Position numbers and translations under genes: made by a program
The notes under the pieces: model-generated
What the model saw: the letters and a program-made list of their open reading frames with translations, nothing else
Told to the model about the DNA's origin: nothing
Database searches by the model: none
NCBI GenBank assembly: GCA_003278445.1
Contig: QCFD01000003.1
Location: 1,228-65,227, forward strand
Direction of reading: 5' to 3'
Length of the DNA: 64,000 bases
DNA from: Prochlorococcus sp. AG-363-B05
Lineage (GTDB): Bacteria; Cyanobacteriota; Cyanobacteriia; PCC-6307; Cyanobiaceae
Shown: positions 32,006 through 43,293 of the stretch, one piece after another
How the letters are laid out: each line of letters opens with the position of its first letter
How positions within the stretch are numbered: the first letter of the stretch is position 1

Positions 32006-32653
32006 ATGTTATTACCTATCAAAGAAAATGAAATAAATAAGTTAATTCCTTCTGTAGCGACTGGAAAACAGTTTAATTCGGCTTTAGGTAATCCTCAGAA
32101 AATTTTTCAAAGAATTATGATATCCGCAATTGGAGGTGTGATCACATTGTTAATTAGTCAAAGTCAAGTAACAAGTCAATTTTATTCATTATGGTTAATA
32201 TTAGGTGTGGTGATTTTGCTTTATATTTTATGGGGACCAATACTTGAGGCAAGTAGAAAGAATTCTAAATTTAAAAGTTATTCATTTTCTGCTTTAGTTG
32301 ATGGTTATATAGCAGATGTATTTGTAGAAGATAGAATAGAAAAAAAGCAAGAACAAGCTAATAAGGATGGTAGATTACAGATAGTAGAAAAAAAAAGGAC
32401 TTGGGTTGTTTTGGATATAGAAGATGAAGACGGTCTTATTGGTAATATAAGTTTTCCGTTACAAAATAAGTTCAATATACTAAAAAAAGGTATGAGATTA
32501 AATTGTGTTGTTTTGAGTAATAGAAGAGACTTTAGTAATATACAGGCAATAAGTGACGCATGGTGTCCTGAAGTAAATTTATGGGTAGGTAATTATCCAT
32601 TTCTCCTTAGGCCAGCATTTGAGGAATTTGTTAATAGGAAAATAGTTAACTAA
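32006..32653 (+). CDS. conserved cyanobacterial membrane protein
   Basis: Two TM segments; operon-like spacing after dapB. Confidence 0.8.
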   Translation: MLLPIKENEINKLIPSVATGKQFNSALGNPQKIFQRIMISAIGGVITLLISQSQVTSQFYSLWLILGVVILLYILWGPILEASRKNSKFKSYSFSALVDGYIADVFVEDRIEKKQEQANKDGRLQIVEKKRTWVVLDIEDEDGLIGNISFPLQNKFNILKKGMRLNCVVLSNRRDFSNIQAISDAWCPEVNLWVGNYPFLLRPAFEEFVNRKIVN

Positions 32654-32677
32654 ATTTTTAAATGTTATAATTATAAT

Positions 32678-33790
32678 ATGAATATAGCTATTATTGGTTC
32701 TGGTTTAACTGGATCATTGGCCGCAATATCATTAGCTAAAGCTGGTTGTAGAATTGATTTGTATGAAAGGTTATCTGACGGAGAACTTGTAAATAGAGAT
32801 CGAACATATGCAATTACACATTCTTCAAGAAAAATTCTAGAAAGAATTGGTATATGGCCAAATATAGTATCTAGTTTAATACCATTTCAATATCTCAATC
32901 TTATAGATTATGAATTAAATGAAAAAGTTCAATTCTTTTTGAATGATTTAAATAGAAAAGATAGAAAATTCTCTGCGGTTGGTTGGATTGCAGTTCACAG
33001 TAAAATCATGATGTCAATAATAGATTATATTTCTACTATTGAAAATATTAATAAAATCCCAACTTCTGTAATTCCTAATACTAATAATTATGACCTTATT
33101 TTAGCTGCGGATGGTTCTAATTCAATTACAAAAAACATCCTAAAGACACCATCATTCCAATTTAAATATGATCAAATTTGTATAACGGCAAAGGTTCTAA
33201 TAAGAGGTATTAAATCTAATGAGGCATTTGAAATATTAAATTCTGAAGGACCTTTTGCTGTTCTACCACTTGGCGAGGATTTGTTTCAAATTGTTTGTAG
33301 TCAATCTAGAAAAAAAGGTTCTATTAATATGAGTTCACCTAAATCAATATTTTTAGATTACTTATCAACTATCCTACCAAATAGTGTTGAGCCCGATACT
33401 ATAATTGGAGAACCTAGATCATATCCTATTAAATTTCTTTTGAATTACTCATTTTATTCTGGAAAATATATTTATTTAGGAGAAACAGCCCATACCTTAC
33501 ATCCAGTTGGTGGCCAGGGTTTGAATTTATGTTGGAGAGATGTTGAATCAATTACAAAATTAGTTAGACAACCATTTCTCAAAAATAATAAAATTCTTAT
33601 CCCATTTTTCTATTCTATTTCTAGATTTGTTGATGTTTTATCAATATCTTTTTTAACTGACTTTTTAGTTAGATATTCAAGATCAAATATTAATATATTT
33701 TTTATACCAAGATTTATTATTATATTTATTCTTAAAAACTCCAAGATTGCTAGAAGTTTTGTATTGAATATAATGACGAATGGATTATAA
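32678..33790 (+). CDS. FAD-dependent hydroxylase, UbiH/VisC family
   Basis: GSGLTG, AADGSNS and GETAHTLHPVGGQGLNL motifs. Confidence 0.9.
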   Translation: MNIAIIGSGLTGSLAAISLAKAGCRIDLYERLSDGELVNRDRTYAITHSSRKILERIGIWPNIVSSLIPFQYLNLIDYELNEKVQFFLNDLNRKDRKFSAVGWIAVHSKIMMSIIDYISTIENINKIPTSVIPNTNNYDLILAADGSNSITKNILKTPSFQFKYDQICITAKVLIRGIKSNEAFEILNSEGPFAVLPLGEDLFQIVCSQSRKKGSINMSSPKSIFLDYLSTILPNSVEPDTIIGEPRSYPIKFLLNYSFYSGKYIYLGETAHTLHPVGGQGLNLCWRDVESITKLVRQPFLKNNKILIPFFYSISRFVDVLSISFLTDFLVRYSRSNINIFFIPRFIIIFILKNSKIARSFVLNIMTNGL

Positions 33791-33804
33791 ATATTTCTTA
33801 TCAA

Positions 33805-34014
33805 ATGATAAATACTAATAAACCAATCAAACCGCCTTCTGAAGAGCTATGTAATTTTATTGTAGATAAACTGGGTATCAGTCAAAACGCATTGGAATTA
33901 GGAATAAAAAGATCTTCCATTGAAAATTCACCTTTACCTATTGTTATGTGGAGCTATGGGTTGATAACAATTACTCAACTAAGACATATATATTCATGGC
34001 AGATTTCTAATTAG
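33805..34014 (+). CDS. DUF2949 family protein
   Basis: LGIS...PLPIVMWSYGLITITQL...W. Confidence 0.85.
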   Translation: MINTNKPIKPPSEELCNFIVDKLGISQNALELGIKRSSIENSPLPIVMWSYGLITITQLRHIYSWQISN

Positions 34015-34529
34015 TATTTTATTACGCTTTCTATATATAATTTTTTATCAAGTTTATCTCTACCGTTTAATTTAGTTAGTTCTACAAGAAAACCGAATCC
34101 AATAAGCTTTCCGCCAGCTGCTTTTATTAATTCACCTGCTGCTGCTGAAGTTCCTCCTGTTGCTAACAAATCATCCATAATAATTATTTTGCTATTTTTC
34201 TTGAATAGATCCTTTTGTATTTCTAATCTGTCCTGGCCATATTCTAGTTGATAATTAATTCCTATTATCTTTCCTGGTAATTTTTTAGGTTTTCTAATAG
34301 GAATAAACCCGATCTCATTTTTAAAGGCAAGAACTGAGGCAGTAATAAAACCTCTTGCCTCTATACCAGCTATGTAATCAGGCTTAGTAGTTAATATAAG
34401 TTTTTGAAGAGGTAACATTAATTGCTTCCATATAGCAGGCTTGTTGTAGATTGGATTTATATCCTTGAAGTCTATTCCCTCTTTTGGGAAATCATTTATT
34501 TCTGATATATATTTTTTTAAGTTTTCCAT
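34011..34529 (-). CDS. apt: adenine phosphoribosyltransferase
   Basis: DFPKEGIDFKDI, EARGF, RKPKKLP, LEYG and DDLLATGGT motifs. Confidence 0.97.
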   Translation of the reverse strand: MENLKKYISEINDFPKEGIDFKDINPIYNKPAIWKQLMLPLQKLILTTKPDYIAGIEARGFITASVLAFKNEIGFIPIRKPKKLPGKIIGINYQLEYGQDRLEIQKDLFKKNSKIIIMDDLLATGGTSAAAGELIKAAGGKLIGFGFLVELTKLNGRDKLDKKLYIESVIKY

Positions 34530-34613
34530 TCTTTACCAAAACATGTGGTGTGCGATTTTATAAAACCAACAATAAAGCTAGCTAATCTTCAAACTCCTGT
34601 CATTATTTAAATT

Positions 34614-35210
34614 GTGAAAACATTTTCTTTAGTGGCTACACAGAAAAAAGACGAAAAAAACAACTCAAACTTTTTCTATACCTCATCAATTAATAAATAT
34701 GCTAATTGTGTTATTGCTAATGATGCACCTAGAAAACTTGATTTTTTAGTTTTAGTTATTGAAACTCTTCAGATCAATGCTACAGAGTCCCTTTTGATAA
34801 AAGCAAAAAATATTGGTTTGTCAGAAGATTTTTGTAGTCGGGTTAATTTCTGGAAACTTAGGACCTCTAACCCTTTGAGAAAATCTTATGCATTTACATC
34901 TCTATCTTCACAACAGATCGACTCCCTAGTTGAACTTATTTCTTCAATGACTGAAAACCTTTATCCACTAATTAGGCAATTACTCTCTTCAAAAGAGCCT
35001 AGGAATATAAATGAAGAACGTTGGAATATTTTTAGTTCGCGACTTAAGTCGCTAATACGAGAAAGGATGAATGTCAAACGTAGTTATATCGATTCATTAT
35101 TAAAAGATGAAAGTAATGAATTTTTTAGAGAGCTATTAGTTATTCTTTCTCTATCATGTGGACCTGGTGGAGCTACTCGTTTAAAAGCGTCTATGTATCA
35201 TCAGATTTAA
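34614..35210 (+). CDS. DUF3038 family protein
   Basis: LDFLVLVIE...RVNFWKLRTSNPLR...GATRLKAS. Confidence 0.82.
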   Translation: MKTFSLVATQKKDEKNNSNFFYTSSINKYANCVIANDAPRKLDFLVLVIETLQINATESLLIKAKNIGLSEDFCSRVNFWKLRTSNPLRKSYAFTSLSSQQIDSLVELISSMTENLYPLIRQLLSSKEPRNINEERWNIFSSRLKSLIRERMNVKRSYIDSLLKDESNEFFRELLVILSLSCGPGGATRLKASMYHQI

Positions 35211-35219
35211 TTTATATAA

Positions 35220-35825
35220 ATGATTAACTTATCTTATAGATTTGATCAAAACTCATCATCGCTAGAACTAGCAGGTATGCCAGATGTTTCAAATGGTGAT
35301 TCAGAAAAAACTATTGGTATTTTATCTTCATGGACATTGAAAATTATTGGATCTCCTTTATTGGAAGGAGAAAAGGAGCATCTTGACAATTTGATGCAAG
35401 TAATTCTTCAATATTCAAGATCATATGTATCTGGAATTAAAAAAACATTTGTTTCTAATAAAAACATAGTAAAAATATCACCTTACGGTAATAAACATAG
35501 ATTATTATTAAATAGTACAAAAAAAGGTGTAAAAGCACTAGAAATTATACTTGATGATTCTGAGTTAGCAGATCTTACTCGTTGTTTTGACTTATTAAGA
35601 TTTGATCCTAGATTTAATTTAACATGGAGTATTAAACTAGATACACCATACACAAAAAAATTCATTAATAAAAATTTAAATAAATCAACTAGTAAACTAA
35701 GTTTATTTTATTCTCTCTTAATATTTATATCAAGTAGTGCTTTTTTACTTTTACTTCCTATTAATAATAGATTTGATGTAAAAGGCAATAACTCATCACA
35801 AACATCAACTGAACGAACTAAATAA
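35220..35825 (+). CDS. DUF4335 family protein
   Basis: LEGEKEHL...YSRSYVSG...LDDSELADL with a C-terminal TM; follows the DUF3038 gene. Confidence 0.8.
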   Translation: MINLSYRFDQNSSSLELAGMPDVSNGDSEKTIGILSSWTLKIIGSPLLEGEKEHLDNLMQVILQYSRSYVSGIKKTFVSNKNIVKISPYGNKHRLLLNSTKKGVKALEIILDDSELADLTRCFDLLRFDPRFNLTWSIKLDTPYTKKFINKNLNKSTSKLSLFYSLLIFISSSAFLLLLPINNRFDVKGNNSSQTSTERTK

Positions 35826-35947
35826 AAATTCTATTCAGGAATATGTGATTAATCTATAAATATATTTATTTATACAATTAATTTGAAATATATTTCTAAA
35901 ACGGTATAAAAAAAATCATATAATTAATTTAGAGTAATGTTATTAAG

Positions 35948-36598
35948 ATGAAACTTTCAAGTCAAGACAGGCTTAAAACTGATATTAGTGATGATAAATT
36001 ATTTTATCAACAGGCAAGATATGTTCACCATCTTAGTGCTTCATTTAGAGATCGACTAACAAATTTATACTCAGATTATCTTTGTAATCATCATATTATT
36101 CTTGATTTAATGAGTAGTTGGGTAAGTCATCTCCCAAATAATAAAAAATATAAAAAAGTTATTGGTCATGGAATGAATGAATCTGAGTTAAGTGCTAACA
36201 ATAGACTTCATAGTTATTGGGTCCAAAATTTTAATAAGACACAAAATATGCCAATTGAAGACTCATCTGTAGATGTTGCATTAATAGTAGCCGGATGGCA
36301 ATATCTCCAATACCCAGAAAAGGTGACCTTAGAACTTTCAAGGATTGTTAAATCTGATTCTTTATTAATTATTTCTTTCACTAATCGTGCATTCTGGACT
36401 AAATCTCCCAACATTTGGACTTATTCATCAGAAGCAAAAAGAATTGATTACGTAACAGGAGTTCTAACTGCAAATGGATGGAGAATTGATAAAATTCTGT
36501 GCGAAAAAACATATGAAAAACAATTATTTGGATTTAAAATTTCAGAGAGTGACCCCTTTTATTCTGTTATTGCAAGAAATGATAAGTCTAATAACTGA
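35948..36598 (+). CDS. class I SAM-dependent methyltransferase
   Basis: LDLMSSWVSHLP, GHGMNESEL, QYLQYPE and ISFTNR motifs. Confidence 0.9.
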   Translation: MKLSSQDRLKTDISDDKLFYQQARYVHHLSASFRDRLTNLYSDYLCNHHIILDLMSSWVSHLPNNKKYKKVIGHGMNESELSANNRLHSYWVQNFNKTQNMPIEDSSVDVALIVAGWQYLQYPEKVTLELSRIVKSDSLLIISFTNRAFWTKSPNIWTYSSEAKRIDYVTGVLTANGWRIDKILCEKTYEKQLFGFKISESDPFYSVIARNDKSNN

Positions 36599-36649
36599 AA
36601 AAGTTTTTATTAATATTTATATTTAGTATAAGACCAAAAGTTTTTTTCT

Positions 36650-36958
36650 ATGTCCTGTTCTTTAATTAAATTTAGTTCTGAGGATTGTGGTACATGTCAC
36701 AGAATGAGCTTCTTTGATTCTAAAGTTGCTAATGAATTAGGGATTGAATTTATCAGCGTTAAACTCCAGGATACATTGGTGTATAGAAAATATAGACCAA
36801 TACTATTAAAACAATATCCAACTAAAGAAGGTATGGGTTGGCCTACATATCTATTAGTTAATGATCCCGATGGTGAATTTAAGATTGTAGGCGAGTTAAA
36901 AGGCGGAATTGCAAAAGGTGATTTTAGAGAAAGACTTTCTAAACTACTATCTGATTGA
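36650..36958 (+). CDS. thioredoxin-fold protein
   Basis: CGTC motif and cis-Pro WPTY. Confidence 0.88.
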   Translation: MSCSLIKFSSEDCGTCHRMSFFDSKVANELGIEFISVKLQDTLVYRKYRPILLKQYPTKEGMGWPTYLLVNDPDGEFKIVGELKGGIAKGDFRERLSKLLSD

Positions 36959-36966
36959 TATTTTAG

Positions 36967-37176
36967 TCAATTCACTGGTTGCATTAAACCCCCACTTCCT
37001 GAATCAGAATCGTCATCGTCGTTTTCCGCGTCAACAGTCAATAGTGTATATATACCAAGAGCTAAAAGACTTATCATTCCACTAAATAGACTTAGCCCAT
37101 ATTGGTTGTTACTGATTTCTATTACTTCTCCCAAGGTGAAAATACTCAAATTTTGGAGACTATAGCAACTTTTCAC
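36967..37176 (-). CDS. small single-TM hypothetical protein
   Basis: TM segment followed by DDDDSDSGSGGLMQPV; start uncertain. Confidence 0.7.
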   Translation of the reverse strand: MKSCYSLQNLSIFTLGEVIEISNNQYGLSLFSGMISLLALGIYTLLTVDAENDDDDSDSGSGGLMQPVN

Positions 37177-37243
37177 TTAAAAAGTTTTTTTGTCAACCAA
37201 TTGAAAGATTGACATACCTTTTTTTATGAGTCAATTAATTTAT

Positions 37244-40200
37244 TTATTGAGTATTGATTTCTAAACACATTAAGTTTAGCCATTCTGTTAATTGATCAAG
37301 AAGTTTATCACCTTCCAATATACCTAAACCTCTTATTATAACGGTCGAACAGCGATCTCCTTTTTTATATATAAATCTCCCATGAAGATGATTAGATAAA
37401 CCTTTCCTAAGTAATTTAAAAGCTGGTTCATCCATCATTGTCTCCAACTCTACATTAGGTTTTGACAACTTGATTCTCGAGAAGCCACACTTTTTTGCGA
37501 TAATTTTTAATTTCATTACTTCTATTAATGATTCAACTGCTTTTGGTAATGTTCCATATCTATCTACCAAGTTGCTAGCAAATTGAACTAAAGCATCATT
37601 GTTTTCACATTGGGTAACTAATCTATAAGCATTTATTTTTTCTTCTGGATCTGTTATCCAATCTCCAGGTATAAAAGCTGTAACAGGTAAATCTATTTGT
37701 GTATCATCAACTGAAGGGATGTCTTGTCCTTGTATTTCTGCAATAGTCTCTTGCAATAGCTCCATATACAAATCAAAACCGATTGTTTCCATTTGTCCGC
37801 TTTGTTCAATTCCTAAAATATTTCCAACCCCTCTGATCTCCATATCCCTCATTGCTAATTGATAACCACTACCTAATTCACTAAATTCTTGGATGGCCTT
37901 TAATCGTTGTCTTGACGTATCATTTAATTTCTCATTGCTAGGGTAAAGCAACCAAGCGTGTGCTTGTACTCCACTACGCCCCACTCTCCCCCTCAATTGG
38001 TAAAGTTGAGATAATCCAAATCTGTGGGAATCTTCTATTAAAATAGTATTCACTCTTGGTATATCCAAACCACTTTCTACAATAGTTGTGCACAACAATA
38101 TATCCGCTTCTCCAGCATTAAAAGCTAACATCGCATTCTCAAGTGCACCTTCATCCATTTGACCATGTGCAATAAGTAATTTCACATTTGGTATCATTGA
38201 TTTTAATTTTTCAGCAACCTCCTCTATCCCTTTTATTCGAGGCACAATATAAAAAATTTGTCCACCTCTATCAATTTCTTGTGAAATAGCACTTCTAATT
38301 ATTTCATTATCAATTGGTGCTAAATGAGTTTTAATTGGTCTACGTAATGGAGGAGGAGTTGTTATTAAACTCATTTCACGTACACCAGAAAGACTCATGT
38401 AGAGTGTTCTAGGGATTGGTGTTGCTGAGAGTGTTAATACGTCAACGCTTTTTTTTAATTCCTTTATTTTTTCTTTCTGATTAACTCCAAAACGTTGCTC
38501 TTCATCTATAACTAAAAGGCCTAAATCCTTATAAAGCAATTTTTTATTTAATAGTTGATGTGTACCAACAACTGCGTCAATTATTCCATCTTTAAGTCCT
38601 CTTACTATTTCCTTTCTTTCACTACTACTTTTAAATCTATTAAGTAAGGAAACTTTAATAGGATATGGTGCAAATCTATCTGATATTGTCCTCCAGTGTT
38701 GCTGAGATAATATAGTTGTTGGTGCTAAAAAAGCAATTTGTTTACCTGAAGTAATTGCCTTAAATATTGCCCTTATAGCAACTTCAGTCTTTCCAAAACC
38801 TACATCTCCACAAACTAATCTGTCCATAGGCTTTTCACTTTCCATATCTAATTTTACTTGACTAGTTGCTTTAGCTTGATCAGGAGTTAAAGCGTATGGA
38901 AATGAGTCTTCTAATTCACATTGCCAAGGACCATCAATTGGAAATTTATATCCTTTTTCTTTGCTTCTTTCTGCATATAACTTAATCAAGTCAATAGCTA
39001 TTTTTTTAACTGATTTCTTAGCTTTTTCTTTAATTTTATTCCAATTAGCACCGCCTAGTTTGCTGATGGTAGGATTTTTTCCATTTGAACTCCTATATCT
39101 ACCTAAACTACCAAGTTGATCCGCTGCAACACTAAGTTTTCCATCTATATATTTTATTACTAAATAGTCTCTTGATTCGCCATTAATATTTAACTTCTGA
39201 ATTTTTTGAAAAAGTCCAATGCCATGATTTCTATGTACAACATAATCACCTGGCTTCATTTTGTTAGGGTCTATTTTTTTACTTTGGGCCTGTTTTCTCC
39301 TTCTTATATAACCTGTACTAGTTACATTATGTTGACCAAAAAACTCCTTATCTGTTACTAAGGCGATTTTCCATGCTGGTAGTAAAAAACCTTCTATTTC
39401 TCCCTCATTATTATTTTTAATTGCTACTGGTAAATTATCATCTAGAATTGATTTTATACCATTTAAATCATTACTATTTGGTATGAATTTTGATTGACAT
39501 TCATGTTCTTCTAATAATGAGACTGCTCGACTAGGTTGTGCTGATATTATCCAAATAGAATACTTAGATTTTAAATGATCCTTTATTGAAAAACTAATCT
39601 TTCCATATTGATTAGGTAGCCATTTGTGAGTTCTACTAGAAATATCAAATACATTACTCTTTGATGAAACATCATCTAAATCGGTAATATCAATACCTCT
39701 ATATTGATTCAAATTATTATAAATATCACAAATATTATTATGAAGATTTGGTTTATAATGTTCCTTATTTATTTTACTAATGTCAAATTTAGCAAATAAG
39801 TCATTATATCCTTCGTTGACAATCTCATACCATGCTTTTCCATGAGCAATACCTTGACTTCTCTCATCAACGACAATAAATGTTTTATCATCTACATAAT
39901 TAAGTAATGATGATGGCTTTTCGAATGCTACACCAAGATATTTTTTTGCACTAGTTAATCTTTTGGAATTAATTAACTCATTATATTCTTCATAGGTTAA
40001 TAAACAATTAATATTTTTCTTATTAATTGATAAAAGTTTATCTATAATTAATGGATCAAATCCTGTTGGCGTAATACAAACATTATCAAGTTTATCTAAA
40101 GATCTTTGAGATATTGGATCAAATTCTTTAATTTTATCAATCTTATCTCCAAATAATTCCAATCTTATTGGAAGTTCACTGCTTACAGGATAAATATCAA

Positions 40201-40750
40201 GAATATCACCACGTCTAGACCATGTGCCTTCTTGATCAATATTACTAGTTTTAATATATCCACATTCACTTAATTTTACTGATAATAGTTTTAGGTCTAC
40301 TTCATCACCTATTGTTAAGTTAAAGCACTTTGATTTAAGATAATCATAAGGAGGTAAATGTGGCTGTAAGGCCCTTTCCGTAGCAATTATGGCGATATCT
40401 TCAATATCTTTAAGTTCAAATATATCACTAAGAACTTGTAATTGTCCCCATATTATTTCTGACGTCACTTGCATTGAATCATAAGGTGATACTTCGCTTG
40501 TTGGATATATATATGTCTTCGTCCATCCACAATCTTTAACTATTGGGTACCACCTTGTAGCATCTTCTAATGTTGGAACAATTACTAATAATACCTTTGA
40601 AACTTTTTTTGCTAGTGAGCTAGTAATTAAAGCTTTTACTGTAGTAGAAGCTCCTGTTAATATTAATCTCTCTTTTCTATTTGATCTTTCAATTAACTGA
40701 TTTGTTAATGTATGATCTTGTAATGATTTTGTTATTGACTCTAATGACAC
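37244..40750 (-). CDS. mfd: transcription-repair coupling factor
   Basis: CarD-like RID (GDYVVHRNHGIG), GDVGFGKT, DEEQRFG, QLRGRVGR and TRCF domain. Confidence 0.98.
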   Translation of the reverse strand: MSLESITKSLQDHTLTNQLIERSNRKERLILTGASTTVKALITSSLAKKVSKVLLVIVPTLEDATRWYPIVKDCGWTKTYIYPTSEVSPYDSMQVTSEIIWGQLQVLSDIFELKDIEDIAIIATERALQPHLPPYDYLKSKCFNLTIGDEVDLKLLSVKLSECGYIKTSNIDQEGTWSRRGDILDIYPVSSELPIRLELFGDKIDKIKEFDPISQRSLDKLDNVCITPTGFDPLIIDKLLSINKKNINCLLTYEEYNELINSKRLTSAKKYLGVAFEKPSSLLNYVDDKTFIVVDERSQGIAHGKAWYEIVNEGYNDLFAKFDISKINKEHYKPNLHNNICDIYNNLNQYRGIDITDLDDVSSKSNVFDISSRTHKWLPNQYGKISFSIKDHLKSKYSIWIISAQPSRAVSLLEEHECQSKFIPNSNDLNGIKSILDDNLPVAIKNNNEGEIEGFLLPAWKIALVTDKEFFGQHNVTSTGYIRRRKQAQSKKIDPNKMKPGDYVVHRNHGIGLFQKIQKLNINGESRDYLVIKYIDGKLSVAADQLGSLGRYRSSNGKNPTISKLGGANWNKIKEKAKKSVKKIAIDLIKLYAERSKEKGYKFPIDGPWQCELEDSFPYALTPDQAKATSQVKLDMESEKPMDRLVCGDVGFGKTEVAIRAIFKAITSGKQIAFLAPTTILSQQHWRTISDRFAPYPIKVSLLNRFKSSSERKEIVRGLKDGIIDAVVGTHQLLNKKLLYKDLGLLVIDEEQRFGVNQKEKIKELKKSVDVLTLSATPIPRTLYMSLSGVREMSLITTPPPLRRPIKTHLAPIDNEIIRSAISQEIDRGGQIFYIVPRIKGIEEVAEKLKSMIPNVKLLIAHGQMDEGALENAMLAFNAGEADILLCTTIVESGLDIPRVNTILIEDSHRFGLSQLYQLRGRVGRSGVQAHAWLLYPSNEKLNDTSRQRLKAIQEFSELGSGYQLAMRDMEIRGVGNILGIEQSGQMETIGFDLYMELLQETIAEIQGQDIPSVDDTQIDLPVTAFIPGDWITDPEEKINAYRLVTQCENNDALVQFASNLVDRYGTLPKAVESLIEVMKLKIIAKKCGFSRIKLSKPNVELETMMDEPAFKLLRKGLSNHLHGRFIYKKGDRCSTVIIRGLGILEGDKLLDQLTEWLNLMCLEINTQ

Positions 40751-40794
40751 TATTCTTATTTTAAATTATTATTATTTTAGATTAGCATAACATT

Positions 40795-41481
40795 TTAATT
40801 CTCATTCTGAGAAGATTTATTTTGTTGATATTGATTGCGTATCGTTTTTAGCTTGGATACAAATGATATTAATTGATTCTGATCCAATTCTTTTCTAGTT
40901 GAAACATTGAATTCTCTTTGCAAAAATTCTCTTCCATGCTTATGATCCCATGATAAATCCATAAGTATAGTGTCAGACTCCTCAATTAATGTTTTAATAT
41001 TTACATTAATCTCTTGAGGTGAACTTTTGGAAGCTATGTTTTTCAATAGAGTTAAATATTTCAAAATATCATTATATTTAGTTATCTTATTACGATTATT
41101 ATAACCTAATGATTTTTTCAAAAAGTCTACTTCATCATCTCTATTCCATTTTAACCGTTCAATTTCTGAATCTATAGCTGTTAGTTCTCTACTCCAATCA
41201 CTAGGTTCTCCATTTACATTAATATCATGATTTTTAGTATTAGGTAATTCCTCCTTTATAGTTTTATTGATATTATTCATGTTTACAGACTCTATACTGA
41301 ACTCTTCATTTTTTATTTGATTAAGTCTTTTAATTAATCTTGATATTGCTTTATCTTCTGCAAGTTCTGCTGTAATACCTTCCGCTAGAGCAGACCCAAC
41401 AACCCTCTCATTAACCCAACCAGTCACTTGAACAACTGATTTATTCTCGGAAACGTGGCATAATTTAGATTCAATTCTCAT
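40795..41481 (-). CDS. conserved hypothetical protein with two C-terminal helical repeats
   Basis: IDSEIERLKWNRDDE and SDTILMDLSWDHKHG repeats. Confidence 0.8.
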   Translation of the reverse strand: MRIESKLCHVSENKSVVQVTGWVNERVVGSALAEGITAELAEDKAISRLIKRLNQIKNEEFSIESVNMNNINKTIKEELPNTKNHDINVNGEPSDWSRELTAIDSEIERLKWNRDDEVDFLKKSLGYNNRNKITKYNDILKYLTLLKNIASKSSPQEINVNIKTLIEESDTILMDLSWDHKHGREFLQREFNVSTRKELDQNQLISFVSKLKTIRNQYQQNKSSQNEN

Positions 41482-41566
41482 AATCGTTTTAATTAACAGT
41501 GTTTATAATTATTAGAGTTAAAATATACCAATCAGACATTATAAATAGTTCTTTTTTCGAAATTTA

Positions 41567-42277
41567 ATGGATTCAGCATCTCTAAGATCCTTAACTCCGT
41601 TACTTGATGGTATTGACAGATGGGTTGAACTAGCTCCTCTATTACCTGTCATTGTCTCGTTGGAGCTTGTATTGTCTGCTGATAACGCTGTAGCTCTTGC
41701 ATCAATAACTAAAAATCTGAATAATATTGATCAACAAAAAAAAGCTTTGAATATAGGAATATTTATAGCTTTGTTATTGAGAATACTCGTAATTCTAACT
41801 GCACAATTCTTTTTGAATTTCTGGCCTGTCAGGTTAATTGGTGGTCTTTATTTAATATCCCTATCAGTTTCAAAGTTTGTAAGGATTAACAACTCATCTA
41901 ATATTAACGATAATAATAGTACGGAAAGATCACAAAGTTCTTTATTTAAGATTATTCTATTATTATCAGTAACTGATTTAGCCTTTTCTATAGATAGTAT
42001 AACGGCGGCGGTAGCAATAAGTGATCAATTTCTTTTGGTTATTACTGGTGCAATAATAGGAGTTATCGCATTAAGATTTACTTCTGGTTTATTTATTAAA
42101 TGGCTAGAGATCTACGTAAATCTTGAGAAAGCTGGTTATATTGCAGTTGCAATAATTGGAATAAAGTTAATTATTCAATTAATATTCTATAAATTAGTTA
42201 TACCTGAATATTTGTTCTTTTTAATAATGTTATGTCTTTTCCTATGGGGTTTTTCGAAAAAAATAAGTAGCATTTGA
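41567..42277 (+). CDS. TerC family integral membrane protein
   Basis: LELVLSADNA and DLAFSIDSITAA motifs. Confidence 0.93.
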   Translation: MDSASLRSLTPLLDGIDRWVELAPLLPVIVSLELVLSADNAVALASITKNLNNIDQQKKALNIGIFIALLLRILVILTAQFFLNFWPVRLIGGLYLISLSVSKFVRINNSSNINDNNSTERSQSSLFKIILLLSVTDLAFSIDSITAAVAISDQFLLVITGAIIGVIALRFTSGLFIKWLEIYVNLEKAGYIAVAIIGIKLIIQLIFYKLVIPEYLFFLIMLCLFLWGFSKKISSI

Positions 42278-42282
42278 ATTAT

Positions 42283-43293
42283 TTAGGTTCCAATTACATT
42301 ACTAATGTTTATCTTAGCTTGAATTGATAAAGTATATCCGTCAGTTTTATTTTTACCTTCTAGCTGAGCACATGTAATATAGATTGGATAATCATTAGTC
42401 ATTATCTTTATACCATTTCGTTTATTTATCATAAGAACTTCTCCAGGAATTCTGTCTGCTAGTGATTCAGTATTGGTACTATGAGTTTCTATTAATTCTT
42501 CATCACCTCCATTAAGATTTGCCTCTAATATTTTTATCCTTTTACCATTATAACGAGTATATGCATTTGGATATAGTCCTAGTATTTTTTTTAGTATTAC
42601 TCTCGATTCTTTGTTCCAATCTAATAAATAATCTTCCTTTTTTATCTGTCTTGCATAACTTGTTTCGCGATTTAACATTGATTGTTCTATTGCATTCAAT
42701 TTTTTTAATCTTAAAGATTCACTCAATCCCTTAGTCATGTTTAAATTTTCAAGAGATTTAATTAGAAGCTTAGATGAAATTTTTGAGAGTCTATTCGTAA
42801 GTATTTCAAGATTGTCTGAATCATTAATTTTCGTTGATTCTTGTTCAATTACTGGACCTGTATCTAAGCCTTCTTCCATCGACATAATGCAAATACCAGT
42901 TTTGGAATCATCATTGATAATGCTCCAATGAATTGGAGCAGCTCCTCTCCATTTAGGTAATAATGAAGCGTGACTATTCCAGCAACCAAGGTTAGGAATT
43001 TCTAATATTTCATTAGGTAGGATTTGACCAAAAGCTACAACTACATAAATGTCAGCATTCAAATTAATGAGGTAATTTTTGGTATATTCATCTTTACTAA
43101 TAGATTGTGTTGTAAGAACTTGTATTCCATAATTTAATGCCATCTGCTTTACAGGAGAAGGGGATAAAATTTTTCCCCTTCCACGTTTCTTATCAGGCTG
43201 AGTTACGACGGCAGTAACATCATGTCCAGCCTCAATAATGCTCTCTAAATTTTGTGCAGCATATTGTGGAGTTCCCCAAAAAATTATCTTCAC
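42283..43293 (-). CDS. fmt: methionyl-tRNA formyltransferase
   Basis: [27 protein letters not shown] and GLDTG motifs. Confidence 0.97.
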   Translation of the reverse strand: MKIIFWGTPQYAAQNLESIIEAGHDVTAVVTQPDKKRGRGKILSPSPVKQMALNYGIQVLTTQSISKDEYTKNYLINLNADIYVVVAFGQILPNEILEIPNLGCWNSHASLLPKWRGAAPIHWSIINDDSKTGICIMSMEEGLDTGPVIEQESTKINDSDNLEILTNRLSKISSKLLIKSLENLNMTKGLSESLRLKKLNAIEQSMLNRETSYARQIKKEDYLLDWNKESRVILKKILGLYPNAYTRYNGKRIKILEANLNGGDEELIETHSTNTESLADRIPGEVLMINKRNGIKIMTNDYPIYITCAQLEGKNKTDGYTLSIQAKINISNVIGT